Source: an uncultured Bacteriovoracaceae bacterium
GTDB lineage: Bacteria > Bdellovibrionota > UBA1018
DNA: 64,000 nucleotides
Assembly: GCA_964363305.1 (NCBI GenBank)
Contig: CAYIHX010000005.1
Span: 61,702 to 125,701 of the forward strand
Reading direction: 5' to 3'
This document shows, in pieces, positions 1 through 9,818 of this stretch. The notes beneath the pieces were generated by a model that worked only from the letters and a program-made list of their open reading frames with translations, was not told where the DNA came from and searched no databases. Positions within the stretch are counted from its first letter, which is position 1; the number at the start of each line of letters is the position of its first letter. A program made the translations under genes and the position numbers.

Positions 1-672
1 GATGATTCGGGCAGAAGCATCTGGATGAGGCGGCGAGACCTGGGAACATCGTTGAAGCTCATTTCTCATGAATGCTGAAAAATTTACGGTGAACACGGGA
101 GAGGTAACAGTTGAGGTATAGAGGGCGTAATTTCCATTCCATTCGGCACACGGTTGGGTAGGCGGTTGCTTCTCGGAAGACGATTGTGCCCGGTGATCAA
201 CGCTCCGGCTTAAGTCATCGACGGACCGGCCAGCGAGAAAGAGGGCCATGACTGCGGCAGCTACTTCGATCGATTTTTGAGGGCGACCGAGTGCATTCAA
301 GGCGACGTGTCCCCCGACTGCAGCGAGGCATGCCTTGCATACGATTAAAAAGATGAAGACGCGAGGAACGAAATAGTAGTGCGGATGTGCGACTGCAAGA
401 GCGAGGGGGAAGAAGAGGAGCGTTTCACTGAGAATGATGACGCCGAGTCCAAAGGCATAGCGGTCACGTTTATTCCAGGTTGCCCTTCGTGACCAAAGAA
501 CCAGAGGTGAGAGCGATCCAAGCAGAACGAGGAGATTCAAAAGTTGTGATGAAACTCCTGTGGTGGGCCAAAAGACCCATCCTACGTGGGAGAGGAGGGG
601 GAAATCTCGTCTTTTTATTGTTTCGATCAGGTCGAATCTGGTGCGGTACGTGGTTCCATTGCTGCCATGCAT
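1..672 (-). CDS. Partial hydrophobic membrane protein (5' part only; gene runs off the window start)
   Basis: My translation of the minus strand from an ATG at about 670-672 reads MHGSNGTTYRTRFDLIETIKRRDFPLLSHVGWVFWPTTGVSSQLLNLLVLLGSLSPLVLW...ALAVAHPHYYFVPRVFIFLIVCKACLAAVGG... with no stop down to position 1. Several hydrophobic helices are visible. It is absent from the ORF track, presumably because it is truncated by the window edge. Confidence 0.35.
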   Translation of the reverse strand, partial: MHGSNGTTYRTRFDLIETIKRRDFPLLSHVGWVFWPTTGVSSQLLNLLVLLGSLSPLVLWSRRATWNKRDRYAFGLGVIILSETLLFFPLALAVAHPHYYFVPRVFIFLIVCKACLAAVGGHVALNALGRPQKSIEVAAAVMALFLAGRSVDDLSRSVDHRAQSSSEKQPPTQPCAEWNGNYALYTSTVTSPVFTVNFSAFMRNELQRCSQVSPPHPDASARII

Positions 673-840
673 TTATGCAGTGGCCGTTTTTTCTGTCTCG
701 CGGTTGAAATGTGTAATTGGAAAAACTTGATCGCCCTGGGGCGAAAGGCTTGCGTAAACGAATCTTAACTTGAGACGGCACTGCGTTGAAGTTAGGGTTT
801 TCGGGAACAGTTTAACTAACAGAATCCCAAGGAGAGGAAT

Positions 841-1395
841 ATGAAAGTTGCACAGCTTGTATTACTAATTGGTTCATTCTTCACTACATTTCAAGCTCAT
901 GCCGGAGAATGGCACTTATTTCGCGGAGCAGATTTTGGTGCTCCCGTAATCAATGGAAAATCGAATGTTCCTACGCCGGATATCGGAGATATCGTGTTCG
1001 ATAGTTCGGATTCAACGTTTTATGGGCGTATTAATTCTACATCTTGGACGGCGCTTTCTGGCGGTAGCGGTGGAAATGTTTCAAATCCGAGTGGTGTACC
1101 GACTGTTGTTGCGACTGCACTCGTAGATAATAGCAGTGGAACTCCTTCGATCACACGTTCTGACGATTCAGGGTGGTCGGTTTCCGCCTGCGGCACGGCT
1201 TGTGTAGATGTTACGATTTCGGGTACTTTTTCTTCGGCGCCCAACTGTACTTGTACAGTGTTTAAGTCGGGCGGGCATTGCGCCATTGATCCGACGGGAT
1301 ACGGGACGAGCACTGTTCGGGTGAAGGGATTCGCTCAGGGGTCAGCAAGTGCTGACAATCTTGCTTTTTTCTTAAACTGCGTCGGCCCTCAATGA
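841..1395 (+). CDS. Small secreted protein with a conserved 'G-D-I-x-F-[DN]-x-x-[DN]-S-T-F-Y-G-x-x-[NG]-[ST]-S-W' motif (paralog family)
   Basis: N-terminal signal peptide MKVAQLVLLIGSFFTTFQAHA. The motif DIVFDSSDSTFYGRINSTSWTALSG is shared with the ORFs at 30579..31133 and 1402..1737. An RBS-like ggagaggaa precedes the ATG. Confidence 0.55.
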   Translation: MKVAQLVLLIGSFFTTFQAHAGEWHLFRGADFGAPVINGKSNVPTPDIGDIVFDSSDSTFYGRINSTSWTALSGGSGGNVSNPSGVPTVVATALVDNSSGTPSITRSDDSGWSVSACGTACVDVTISGTFSSAPNCTCTVFKSGGHCAIDPTGYGTSTVRVKGFAQGSASADNLAFFLNCVGPQ

Positions 1396-1401
1396 TTGAT
1401 C

Positions 1402-1737
1402 TCAGTTTTCTTTGAGACGGCCCCCCCTCTGGACACAGTTCCCGAGGGGCCAGAGTTCCGACCGTGGTCCCCCGGTTGTTGACCCCATTAGCACCCAATT
1501 GGGGGTTGTTGAGCCGACAGCGCTCGGAGCCAGTCCGTAAAAGGCTCCCTGATTTGTATCAAAGACGATGGTTCCTACTGTGACATCGCCTAGATTGCTT
1601 CGATCAATAGTCACCGGTGCAGAGAAGTCGATTCCGTTGACTACGTTGAAGGTGCTTGGTGCAGTCGACTCAGAGGCGAGAACGGATTGGCTTTCCTTTT
1701 GTGGCTTCAAGTGGTTTAGTCCTGGAACTGATTTCAA
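1402..1737 (-). CDS. Fragmentary paralog of the FYG-motif secreted protein family (possible gene remnant)
   Basis: Contains FSAPVTIDRSN...GTIVFDTNQGAFYGL, matching the motif of 841..1395. It has no signal peptide, an apparent non-ATG (TTG) start, and sits convergently 7 nt from its paralog. Confidence 0.3.
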   Translation of the reverse strand: MKSVPGLNHLKPQKESQSVLASESTAPSTFNVVNGIDFSAPVTIDRSNLGDVTVGTIVFDTNQGAFYGLAPSAVGSTTPNWVLMGSTTGGPRSELWPLGNCVQRGGRLKEN

Positions 1738-1769
1738 CGCCAGCCTTCGCCAGTCTGATTACGAAGAGG

Positions 1770-3074
1770 TCACTGCTGCTGGGCGGGGAATTCAATTGTT
1801 GAGCAATCGATATCGTTGATTTCAAAAAGCTTGGCAGGCGGTAAGTGCGTCTCAGTCGCGAAGAGAGGAAAGGGCGCTTTCCTCTTTTCGAACGTACCGT
1901 AAGGCTCAAATGCCCGTTTGAGTTGGGGACAGCGTGGCTCTGCAAGAAGAGCGGCGCCTTCCACTCCCCAGATTCCATGAAGGCACATTCCTAGGCCTGC
2001 AACGGTCAAGGCTGTGAGGAGTACTGAATGCGGCATCTTTTGTTTCGCCGCCGTAATCAGCGCCACCCACGCCGGACCGAGCCCGATCCAGGTCATCACT
2101 GCATACTGTCTCGATGTCGGATAGAGAACGCACAGAGCTGCGAATAAAAGGCCGCTTCCGATTAAAAATCCCCAGGACCAAGCGGGTCCGTTTTTCTTGA
2201 TCAGCTTTTTGCGATTGCGGAAAGTACTCACCCCGATTCCGATCACAATGGCAATCACGAGTCCTCGAGGAAAATTGAGAAGGAGGTCGAGCCCTTTTGA
2301 CGTCGAATGAATTCCAGGAAAGAAGACGCCGACATGGGTCTTGATGGCCCAGGGTAGAGTGTAGCTCAGTGGCATCGCGCCGGCTTTACTGAGCATGTCA
2401 CCATACGACGAATAAACCAGTAGGGGTGCCCAGCGCATCAGGAGCGCAACGGAGAGTTGGCCGAGCACGACTCCAGAGCCACTGACACCAACAAAAGTCG
2501 CAAGCAGACGGATGGGCATTTTTGCGAGAAGTAGCGTGATGACAAAACCCGCGAGGAGGAGGCCCACCACTGAGTGTTGCGCAACGGCGAGTGCCCATAC
2601 GAAGGCGGAGAATATTGTAAGGGAGAGCGATTTCTTACGAAGGGCGTGGAGGCCGATGAGGGTTCCGAGTAAGCCCAGTCCGATGGCGCCCAGTGCCGGG
2701 TTAGCGCTGACGCCATATCGAAGGATTCCGTTGGAGAGGGCGAAGAACCCGATGCCCAGGCCCGATTCAATTCGTGAGAGTCCAAACCAAAGTCCGATCA
2801 CATAGAGACTGACGGCGCCGACTGTCGCGCCGAGTTCACTCACGATGCGGAGAGCGTCCCAGGCGCTGATTTCGAATCCAAAAAGGGAAGTGAAAGCCCA
2901 AACGGCGTATCCCGAAACCGAACTCAGCGCGTGATGGCTGAGGAAAAAAGATTCCCCCAGTCGAAGCCAAGTGGCGAATCGATATTCATCCGACCATGCG
3001 AACTCATTGGGAATGAGGTGAAGGAAGAGAAAGTAGGCGCAGGCAGCTATGATCTCGGGAATCCGTTTTTTCAT
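1770..3074 (-). CDS. Polytopic integral membrane protein (about 12 predicted helices; glycan polymerase/ligase-like?)
   Basis: Long hydrophobic ORF. The internal Met MKKRIPEIIAACAYFLF (about 3074) is the likely start. It is adjacent to the secreted FYG protein, mirroring the 30579/31290 pair. Confidence 0.5.
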   Translation of the reverse strand: MKKRIPEIIAACAYFLFLHLIPNEFAWSDEYRFATWLRLGESFFLSHHALSSVSGYAVWAFTSLFGFEISAWDALRIVSELGATVGAVSLYVIGLWFGLSRIESGLGIGFFALSNGILRYGVSANPALGAIGLGLLGTLIGLHALRKKSLSLTIFSAFVWALAVAQHSVVGLLLAGFVITLLLAKMPIRLLATFVGVSGSGVVLGQLSVALLMRWAPLLVYSSYGDMLSKAGAMPLSYTLPWAIKTHVGVFFPGIHSTSKGLDLLLNFPRGLVIAIVIGIGVSTFRNRKKLIKKNGPAWSWGFLIGSGLLFAALCVLYPTSRQYAVMTWIGLGPAWVALITAAKQKMPHSVLLTALTVAGLGMCLHGIWGVEGAALLAEPRCPQLKRAFEPYGTFEKRKAPFPLFATETHLPPAKLFEINDIDCSTIEFPAQQQ

Positions 3075-3131
3075 TGAGTTATTTTTGTAGTCGGAGTGGA
3101 GGTTAAGTACAAGCCCACGTGGCGGCCCCAT

Positions 3132-4088
3132 TTAGGAAGGGCTCTTCGCTGGCCACTTTCGTGGGTCGAGGACATCGGGATTTAAGTCGGAGAGCGCCTC
3201 ATCCAAGAGAAGCTCGATGTTGCCAGGAATCTCGGGGAGGTCCCAGCGGATCAGGTCGTCGAGTTCTTCGCGCCGGGTGAATCCCAGGACGGGCGAGAAA
3301 CGCTGGCCCCAGCTCAGCACGTAAGAAAGGCTGAAGGCTGGAAGCGTCGTTTTTAAACGTCGCGCCAGTTTTTCGAGTCTGAGAAGGGTCTCGTAAGCGG
3401 GAGCAAGAAAGGGAGGAAGCCGAGCGGAGCCTAAGAAGAGGAGTCCCTGCAAGAAAGCCGATCGAACGTGTACATCGGGATATTGAAGATCGAGGGTGCG
3501 GTAGCGTCGGTCAGCGCAGTTGCCAGGAACTTGAAGGCGATCCAGATCAAAGATTCCTCTCATTTTTGAGAGGTCGTCCTCGTCATAGAGCGATACCCCC
3601 AGCCTCTTGAGGCGCCCCATTTCTTTTTCAGCGACCAGCCAGTCGAGAGTCCCTTCAGGGTCTAATCTTGCCGCACGCACTGCGTCGTCAACCCGATGAA
3701 ACAGCCAGGTGTCGATTTGGTTGACGCCGAGGGTTCGATAAGATTCCTCGAACTGCCTCCGAAGGGTTTTGGAGATCCCCGGTGAGGGAGAGAGGGGGAG
3801 GCCGGGTTGAGGAGCAAATTTAGTGATGATCTGAAGGTCGGAATGTTTGGCGAGTCCATTGGATGAAAGCCATCTTCCGAGGACCGCTTCGCTTTCGCCA
3901 TATCCGCGCGCAGTGTCAAACGATCGAATCCCGACTTCCCAGGCCCGGTCTAAGAGCTGGAAGGCATCTTTCTCTCTGACACGGCCATTCGTATTGGAGA
4001 CGCCGTAGTCAGATCCCAGCTGCGCCGTGCCGAGCACGATTCGATGAACCCAGGCAGGGACTGCTTTTGAACCCGAAGTCTGAACCAT
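3132..4088 (-). CDS. Aldo/keto reductase family oxidoreductase
   Basis: N-terminal AKR signature IVLGTAQLGSDYGVSN...LLDRAWEVGIRSFDTARGYGESE, about 318 aa. Confidence 0.75.
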   Translation of the reverse strand: MVQTSGSKAVPAWVHRIVLGTAQLGSDYGVSNTNGRVREKDAFQLLDRAWEVGIRSFDTARGYGESEAVLGRWLSSNGLAKHSDLQIITKFAPQPGLPLSPSPGISKTLRRQFEESYRTLGVNQIDTWLFHRVDDAVRAARLDPEGTLDWLVAEKEMGRLKRLGVSLYDEDDLSKMRGIFDLDRLQVPGNCADRRYRTLDLQYPDVHVRSAFLQGLLFLGSARLPPFLAPAYETLLRLEKLARRLKTTLPAFSLSYVLSWGQRFSPVLGFTRREELDDLIRWDLPEIPGNIELLLDEALSDLNPDVLDPRKWPAKSPS

Positions 4089-4167
4089 GATGATTCAGAC
4101 ATAGCCTCTCCACTTGACACTACGCAACTCGATCCGAGATACGAGATTACAACGAGGAGTAGATTCA

Positions 4168-5355
4168 ATGCCCCAGGAAACGAAACGGCCGCTTTTGCCC
4201 TATGGTCGGCAGTGGATCGATGAGGATGATATCGCCGCAGTCGTCGAAACGCTGCGAAGCCCCCATCTCACTCAGGGACCGAAGGTGGCAGAGTTCGAAC
4301 GTGAACTCTGCAAGCTCACCGGCGCACGGTACGCCGTCGCTGTTAACTCGGCGACCTCGGGTTTGCACATTGCTTGCCTGGCCGCTGGCTTGAAGCCTGG
4401 AGACGAAGCGATAGCGCCTCCTATTACGTTCGTGGCGACGACCAATGCCGTTCTGTACTGCGGGGCGAAGCCTGTTTTTGCGGATATAGACAGCGACACC
4501 GTCCTCATTCGGCCCGACCAAGTGACGGCACGCATCACAGCCAAGACTCGCGCCATCCTACCTGTTCATTTCGCGGGGCAGTCGGCCAATATGGAAGCCC
4601 TGCAAATCATCGCGCAAGAAGCGCAGAAAAAGCATGGGCACAAGGTGTACGTGATTGAAGACGCAGCGCATGCGATCGGGGGAAGATACAAGGATAGTCC
4701 GATCGGGTCTTGCAAGTACTCAGACATGGCCGTTCTCAGTTTTCATCCGGTCAAACACATCACGACCGGAGAGGGCGGCGCCGTCCTCACAAATGATCCC
4801 GAGCTCTATCGCAAGCTTTGCCTGTTTCGGTCCCATGGCGTGACCCGTGACGACGACATGATCGAAGATCATTCGCTGCTCCCTTGGGGTTATGAGCAGC
4901 ACGAACTCGGTTATAATTATCGGATTACTGATATTCAATGCGCCCTGGGAATCAGTCAGATGAAGAAGCTTCAGCGTTTCGTGGAGCGCCGTCAGGAGAT
5001 CGTGCGCGCCTATGACCAGGCATTTGCAAACCACTGGACGATCCACCCCCTCGTGAATAAAGAGTCCAATGGACACGCCTATCATCTCTATGTCATTCGA
5101 GCCGATTTCGAGAAGGCCGGCGGAAGAAATACCGTGATGACGAAGCTTCGAGAGCGCGGTGTAATCACGCAAGTGCACTATATTCCTGTTCACACTCAGC
5201 CATACTACCGGAAGCATGCTGGAACGCGACACGGCGATCATCCTCATGCCGAGGCGCATTTCCGGCAGTGTCTTTCCATTCCTCTTTTTCCTTCTATGAA
5301 GAATGAGGATGTCAGTTGGGTGACTCAGTCTTTGCTTACAATACTGTCCGGCTAA
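4168..5355 (+). CDS. pseC: DegT/DnrJ/EryC1/StrS-family PLP aminotransferase; PseC-like UDP-4-keto-6-deoxy-sugar aminotransferase
   Basis: LPYGRQWIDEDDIAAVVETLRSPHLTQGPKVAEFERELC is a typical DegT N-terminus. An internal ATG at 4168 is preceded by aggagt. It sits in a context with pseB, pseG and pseI. Confidence 0.8.
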   Translation: MPQETKRPLLPYGRQWIDEDDIAAVVETLRSPHLTQGPKVAEFERELCKLTGARYAVAVNSATSGLHIACLAAGLKPGDEAIAPPITFVATTNAVLYCGAKPVFADIDSDTVLIRPDQVTARITAKTRAILPVHFAGQSANMEALQIIAQEAQKKHGHKVYVIEDAAHAIGGRYKDSPIGSCKYSDMAVLSFHPVKHITTGEGGAVLTNDPELYRKLCLFRSHGVTRDDDMIEDHSLLPWGYEQHELGYNYRITDIQCALGISQMKKLQRFVERRQEIVRAYDQAFANHWTIHPLVNKESNGHAYHLYVIRADFEKAGGRNTVMTKLRERGVITQVHYIPVHTQPYYRKHAGTRHGDHPHAEAHFRQCLSIPLFPSMKNEDVSWVTQSLLTILSG

Positions 5356-5399
5356 AACACGGGCTTTGATTTTTCTTTTAACTATGGAAATGTCGCACA

Positions 5400-6254
5400 A
5401 TGCAGCTTAAACGCCATCCCTTGGGCTTTATGGAAGTCACCCCAAAACCCGAGGAAAAAGAACTCGAACAGTACTACAACAGCAAATACTTCGGGGCCAA
5501 CAAAGGACAATACACGGCCACCTATACTTCGGAAGAGCTGATCAACAAGCAGATCCAAGGCCACGAGGCTCTAAGGTTCGCAGCCCCCGGATCCAAGACC
5601 GTGTTTGACATCGGCTGCGGAGAGGGATTCCTGCTTGACTACCTCAATCGTCAGGGCTGGGACGTGCACGGCGCGGATTTCACGCTAGATGGAATTTCTA
5701 AATTTTTCCCACACCTTCGAGATCGTATCGTCACGGGGAATATTTTTCAGACGATCGATGAAGCGATTTTGCAGGGCCGGATGTTCGATCTCGTGGTTTG
5801 TAATAACGTGCTCGAGCATGTGATTGATCCCATGCGACTCCTTCGGGGCATTAAATCCCTTCTTAAGCCAAACGGAGTTTGCCGAATTGTCGTTCCGAAC
5901 GACGACTCTCAAATTCAACACGAGATCGTATCGCAAAAATTCGCTGAACCGAACTTTTGGGTCGTGACCCCGGATCACTTGAATTATTTCAATTCAGAGT
6001 CTTTTCAAGCCACTCTTCGAGAATCTGGATTGAAAATGAAAGCACTCCTGGGGGATTTTCCGATCGATTTTTTCCTGCTTAATCCTGATTCAAATTATAA
6101 AAAGGACTCAACAAAAGGAAAAAATTGCCATTTTGCTCGCGTGATGCTCGAAAATCTTCTTGCCCAAGAGTCGATGGACAAACTGATTGCATTTCGCGAG
6201 GGCTGCGCAAAATCTGGACTCGGGCGCACCCTCATCGCCTATTGTACCCGGTAA
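5400..6254 (+). CDS. Class I SAM-dependent methyltransferase
   Basis: Motif I VFDIGCGEGFLLDYL and the post-I acidic NNVLEHVIDP. Confidence 0.7.
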   Translation: MQLKRHPLGFMEVTPKPEEKELEQYYNSKYFGANKGQYTATYTSEELINKQIQGHEALRFAAPGSKTVFDIGCGEGFLLDYLNRQGWDVHGADFTLDGISKFFPHLRDRIVTGNIFQTIDEAILQGRMFDLVVCNNVLEHVIDPMRLLRGIKSLLKPNGVCRIVVPNDDSQIQHEIVSQKFAEPNFWVVTPDHLNYFNSESFQATLRESGLKMKALLGDFPIDFFLLNPDSNYKKDSTKGKNCHFARVMLENLLAQESMDKLIAFREGCAKSGLGRTLIAYCTR

Positions 6255-6269
6255 CAGGAAAAACACAGT

Positions 6270-6827
6270 ATGCATTCGCCACCTGAAATCCAGGGATTAA
6301 AAATCATTCTGCGGCCCATGTCGTTAGAGTATGTTACACCTCGCTATCTCGGGTGGCTCTCAGACCCAACGGTGACGCGACATTTAAGTACTTCAAACTA
6401 CACAATCGCTCAGCTCACGACCTACGTCGAGGAACGTATTGAGCAGCCGAACATCTGTTTTTGGGCAATCATCGAGCGATCGAGTGGCATGCATATCGGC
6501 AATGTAAAACTTGAGCCGATCGTCCTGGAGAGTTCACGCGCAACCTTTGGTATTCTCATTGGCGAGAAGGATTTCTGGGGAAAAGGCATCGCAACGGAGG
6601 TCGCGGTTCTGGTAGCAGATTTTGCGTTTCAGAGCCTCGGTCTGAGCAAAGTTGACCTGGGCGTTCAGGATGCGAACGCGGCCGCCATTCGAGCGTACGA
6701 AAAAGCGGGTTTCCATGTCGAGGGACGGTTACGTCGGCATAGCCTTGTCGGAGGCTGTCTGCGAGATGTTATCTACATGGCGAAGTTTGCAGATGGATCC
6801 AATGCAACAAATTTTCATTCTGTGTAA
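6270..6827 (+). CDS. GNAT family N-acetyltransferase (PseH candidate)
   Basis: About 185 aa with a GNAT core (...FWGKGIATEVAVLVADFAF...YEKAGF). Its position in the Pse locus supports a role in sugar N-acetylation. Confidence 0.65.
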   Translation: MHSPPEIQGLKIILRPMSLEYVTPRYLGWLSDPTVTRHLSTSNYTIAQLTTYVEERIEQPNICFWAIIERSSGMHIGNVKLEPIVLESSRATFGILIGEKDFWGKGIATEVAVLVADFAFQSLGLSKVDLGVQDANAAAIRAYEKAGFHVEGRLRRHSLVGGCLRDVIYMAKFADGSNATNFHSV

Positions 6828-6891
6828 AACGTGATTCACTTTTGGCATCGCTATTATTTTTAGAAAAAAACAGTCAACAGAATTACATGAA

Positions 6892-7656
6892 ATGCACAAA
6901 TTTTCGAGTAAAAGGCCGCAATCCATGCAACCGATAAATGCCTATACAGCACAATCTAAACACTCCCCTCTTAGCTGTTTAGCCGTTATTGGCGCCACGT
7001 CAGGAATCGGAAAAGCATTTTTTGACTACTGTGAAAAACAATCAGTTAACCATCTTATTTCCATTTCAAGAAGAAAAAGGCCACCTCAGTCGAATCCACG
7101 TTTTGAGGAGATAGAAATTGACCTTGCATCAAGCGAGTCGGTGCAAGCGGGCTGCCAACGTCTTGGAGTGATGTCATTAAAAGGAGAACGGGCAGTAGGC
7201 GTTTTGGTTAGTGCCGCCACAATAGATCCAATCAATAGCTCATTGACGGTCGCCTCAGATGCATTTGATAGGGCCTTTCTTGTCAATTGCTTGAGTCCGT
7301 TAAAAATACTGCGCACAATTATTCAGGTCTCTATGGAAGCTGAAACACGCCTTCGCGTAGTATATCTCGATACGGGGGCGGCAGATCGACCCATTTTGGG
7401 CTGGGGAGCATATTGTGCCTCTAAGGCGGCGATGCGCATGGCGTTACGAGTTATGGCAGCCGAAGCCGACCCTGAGCGAGTGCAGATTGATTTCTTTGAT
7501 CCAGGGATAGTTGATACCCCTATGCAAGAACAGATTCGAAACTCAGATAGACATGAATTTCCTGATCGTGAAACATTTCGCGCATACAAAAATGAAGGAA
7601 AACTTAGAGATGCCGAAAGCGTTGCTTTGGATATCTGGGAGCGGTTCTGCTCCTGA
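6892..7656 (+). CDS. Short-chain dehydrogenase/reductase (SDR)
   Basis: Gly-rich NAD(P) motif VIGATSGIGKAF and a YxxxK-type segment (YCASKAA). The true start is probably an internal Met (about 6925). Confidence 0.65.
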   Translation: MHKFSSKRPQSMQPINAYTAQSKHSPLSCLAVIGATSGIGKAFFDYCEKQSVNHLISISRRKRPPQSNPRFEEIEIDLASSESVQAGCQRLGVMSLKGERAVGVLVSAATIDPINSSLTVASDAFDRAFLVNCLSPLKILRTIIQVSMEAETRLRVVYLDTGAADRPILGWGAYCASKAAMRMALRVMAAEADPERVQIDFFDPGIVDTPMQEQIRNSDRHEFPDRETFRAYKNEGKLRDAESVALDIWERFCS

Positions 7657-7771
7657 CGATCGTTTCGTTCTTAGCGATAGCTGCTACCTATGGGTGATGA
7701 GTGAACTAATGAACTTGAGACAAAGTTGACAAGTTCACAACAAACTGGAGATATCAGAGCAGTAATGCGAA

Positions 7772-8830
7772 TTACCCAATCAGATCCCAGCTCAAGGGAG
7801 TTCCTCGCTCAACCGAACGGTTGACCCGTTTCCCCAGTACTAGATCCATCTGGCTTGGAGGGAGGCCCATGCCCGGTCGGATCGTTCGAATATTCTCTGT
7901 CGTCAGTGTCTCACCCGATTTCAAATCGGTCACGATGTAGATGGAGCGGCGGTATTTCAAGGATGCTTTTTCTTTGCCGTTGGGGCCGTAGCTCACCTTG
8001 CCAATGGCTTGCCAGCCACGTTCTGTCTCGATGACCAGCTGGCGAAGTTCTTCAGGCTCTAGGGAAAACGCAGAATCCACACCGCCATCCGCGCGGGCCA
8101 GCGTAAAGTGTTTCTCGATGATTGTAGCTCCCATCGTGACGCTCGCGACTGAAACTCCAATTCCCATGGTGTGGTCGGAGAGGCCCACCTGTAGATCAAA
8201 AAGTGATCTCATATGGGGAATAGTAGAAATATTCGTGCTCTCAGGAGTCGTCGGGTAGGTGCTCGTACATTTTAAAAGCACAAGGTTTTTGCAGCCCGCC
8301 TCACGTGCAGCGCGTACCGTTTCATCCAACTCAGCAATGCTCGCCATCCCGGTTGAAATAATCATCGGTTTTCCGGTTTTTGCGATCTTGCGGATCAAAG
8401 GAATATCCGTGTTCTCGAAAGAAGCCACCTTGTAGAGCGGCACGTTGAGTTTTTCTAGGAACTCGACGGCCGAGTCATCAAAGGGGGTGCTAAAACCGAT
8501 CATTCCGTGATCGCGGCACCGATCAAAGATGGGCTTGTGCCACTCCCAAGGCGTGTAAGCCTGCTTGTATAAATCGTAAAGGGTTTGGCCTTTCCAAAGG
8601 CTTCCCTCATCATTGATTGCAAAGTTGCCAGAACTCAAATTTAACGTCATCGTGTCTGCCGTGTAGGTCTGAATCTTGAGCGCATGCGCCCCAGCCTTAG
8701 CTGCGGCATCGACGATTGCCAAAGCTCGTTCGAGCGAGTGGTTGTGGTTCCCCGACATCTCCGCGATGACGAAAGGTCGGGACTCCGAGCCAATAGTTTT
8801 TCCTTCGACGGTGAATGAATGGCTACCCAT
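7772..8830 (-). CDS. pseI: Pseudaminic/N-acetylneuraminic acid synthase family (NeuB/PseI) with C-terminal SAF domain
   Basis: FVIAEMSGNHNHSLERALAIVDAAAKAGAHALKIQTYTADT is the canonical NeuB/PseI N-terminus, about 352 aa. Confidence 0.85.
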   Translation of the reverse strand: MGSHSFTVEGKTIGSESRPFVIAEMSGNHNHSLERALAIVDAAAKAGAHALKIQTYTADTMTLNLSSGNFAINDEGSLWKGQTLYDLYKQAYTPWEWHKPIFDRCRDHGMIGFSTPFDDSAVEFLEKLNVPLYKVASFENTDIPLIRKIAKTGKPMIISTGMASIAELDETVRAAREAGCKNLVLLKCTSTYPTTPESTNISTIPHMRSLFDLQVGLSDHTMGIGVSVASVTMGATIIEKHFTLARADGGVDSAFSLEPEELRQLVIETERGWQAIGKVSYGPNGKEKASLKYRRSIYIVTDLKSGETLTTENIRTIRPGMGLPPSQMDLVLGKRVNRSVERGTPLSWDLIG

Positions 8831-8847
8831 ATATTAATTTCCTTTCA

Positions 8848-9804
8848 CTAGGGAGAAACAAAGACCTCATGAGAGGTGCGATAAAATCGAGTGCCAGTTG
8901 TCGGCGGAGTATACGGAGGTACCGGCATTCCTTGATCGTCGGCGATCATCCACAGGAGATCACTGAATCCCAAGAGGTGCCTAAATACCAAGGTACTGGA
9001 AAGCCTCGGGTTGATTTCAAAAACGACCGGGCCCCGTTCCGTTAGGCGGAGTTGAACATTAATACAGCCACGGAGATTCAACCGGTCTGCCATCTTTCGC
9101 AGTAAGCTCTCGATTTCCGGGTCGGAGACTACTTGCCCTTTGCTTGTTACGCCCTCAAGCAGAGTCCTTCGGAATACAACGGAGCGCGTCTCGCCACTGC
9201 GGCTTCGAAACACCCCACAAGTGTATTCCTGATCATCAGGCCTTAAATATTCCTGCCAGATGTCATCGGCGCGGCCTCTTTGATAGTGCGGGGCTAATTC
9301 CTCATTAACCAGTGCCACATCGCGGCCCCCCGATCCGAATCGTTTTTTGATGATACAGGGGAACTCCCGAGGAGCGCCTTCAGAAACACTCTGGGTCCAG
9401 GGAAAAGGGAGTCCGGCGTCTTCAAGAAAACGCGCGGTTGCCAATTTATCAAACCCTGTAGTCAGAGCTTCCGGGTTGGCCATCAGAAGTCGTGCTCCCT
9501 CGATAATGCGCTTCGAGCACGACTTCGTCAAAAACCTCAGCTCATGTTCCGACGTAGGAAGGATCCATTGTGCAGAGACTTTATTGACCAGCTCTCCAAG
9601 GCGCAAAAGATAGGTCGGATCCGAGGCGGGAGGCAGCAATTCACACACGTCAAAAACGGCTGATCCCGCGTGATCAGGAGTAAGATCGCATCCCACAATC
9701 CTTTGCGCGATACCCGCCATTTTAAGAATTCGCCCGGCTCCTAAGCCAATGTCACCTCCGCATCCGGTGACGATAATGGTAATTGGGTTGGTTTCCTTAT
9801 TCAT
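8848..9804 (-). CDS. ATP-grasp domain ligase
   Basis: ITIIVTGCGGDIGLGAGRIL N-terminus plus central and C-terminal ATP-grasp-like segments (CIIKKRFGSGGRDVALV, VFEINPRLSS). Confidence 0.65.
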   Translation of the reverse strand: MNKETNPITIIVTGCGGDIGLGAGRILKMAGIAQRIVGCDLTPDHAGSAVFDVCELLPPASDPTYLLRLGELVNKVSAQWILPTSEHELRFLTKSCSKRIIEGARLLMANPEALTTGFDKLATARFLEDAGLPFPWTQSVSEGAPREFPCIIKKRFGSGGRDVALVNEELAPHYQRGRADDIWQEYLRPDDQEYTCGVFRSRSGETRSVVFRRTLLEGVTSKGQVVSDPEIESLLRKMADRLNLRGCINVQLRLTERGPVVFEINPRLSSTLVFRHLLGFSDLLWMIADDQGMPVPPYTPPTTGTRFYRTSHEVFVSP

Positions 9805-9818
9805 ACTTTCGAGAAGAG

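Noticed and set aside
470-781. Tracked minus-strand ORF (103 aa, Arg/Pro-rich, low complexity)
   Set aside because: Its sequence is not protein-like. A different minus-strand frame gives a long hydrophobic ORF starting at about 672 and running off the window, which I report instead.
1381-1396. Apparent 1-nt discrepancies between my hand-indexed positions and the ORF-track coordinates (for example the stop of 841..1395 and the start of 13725..14429)
   Set aside because: This is most likely my own indexing or reading error of the formatted sequence rather than a real frameshift. I therefore use the track coordinates for CDS and flag hand-placed coordinates as approximate.
7657-7771. Short inverted repeat tgaacttg-N13-caagttca between the convergent SDR and pseI genes
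   Set aside because: It has only 8-bp arms with a long loop. It is a plausible weak terminator, but too short to call with confidence.
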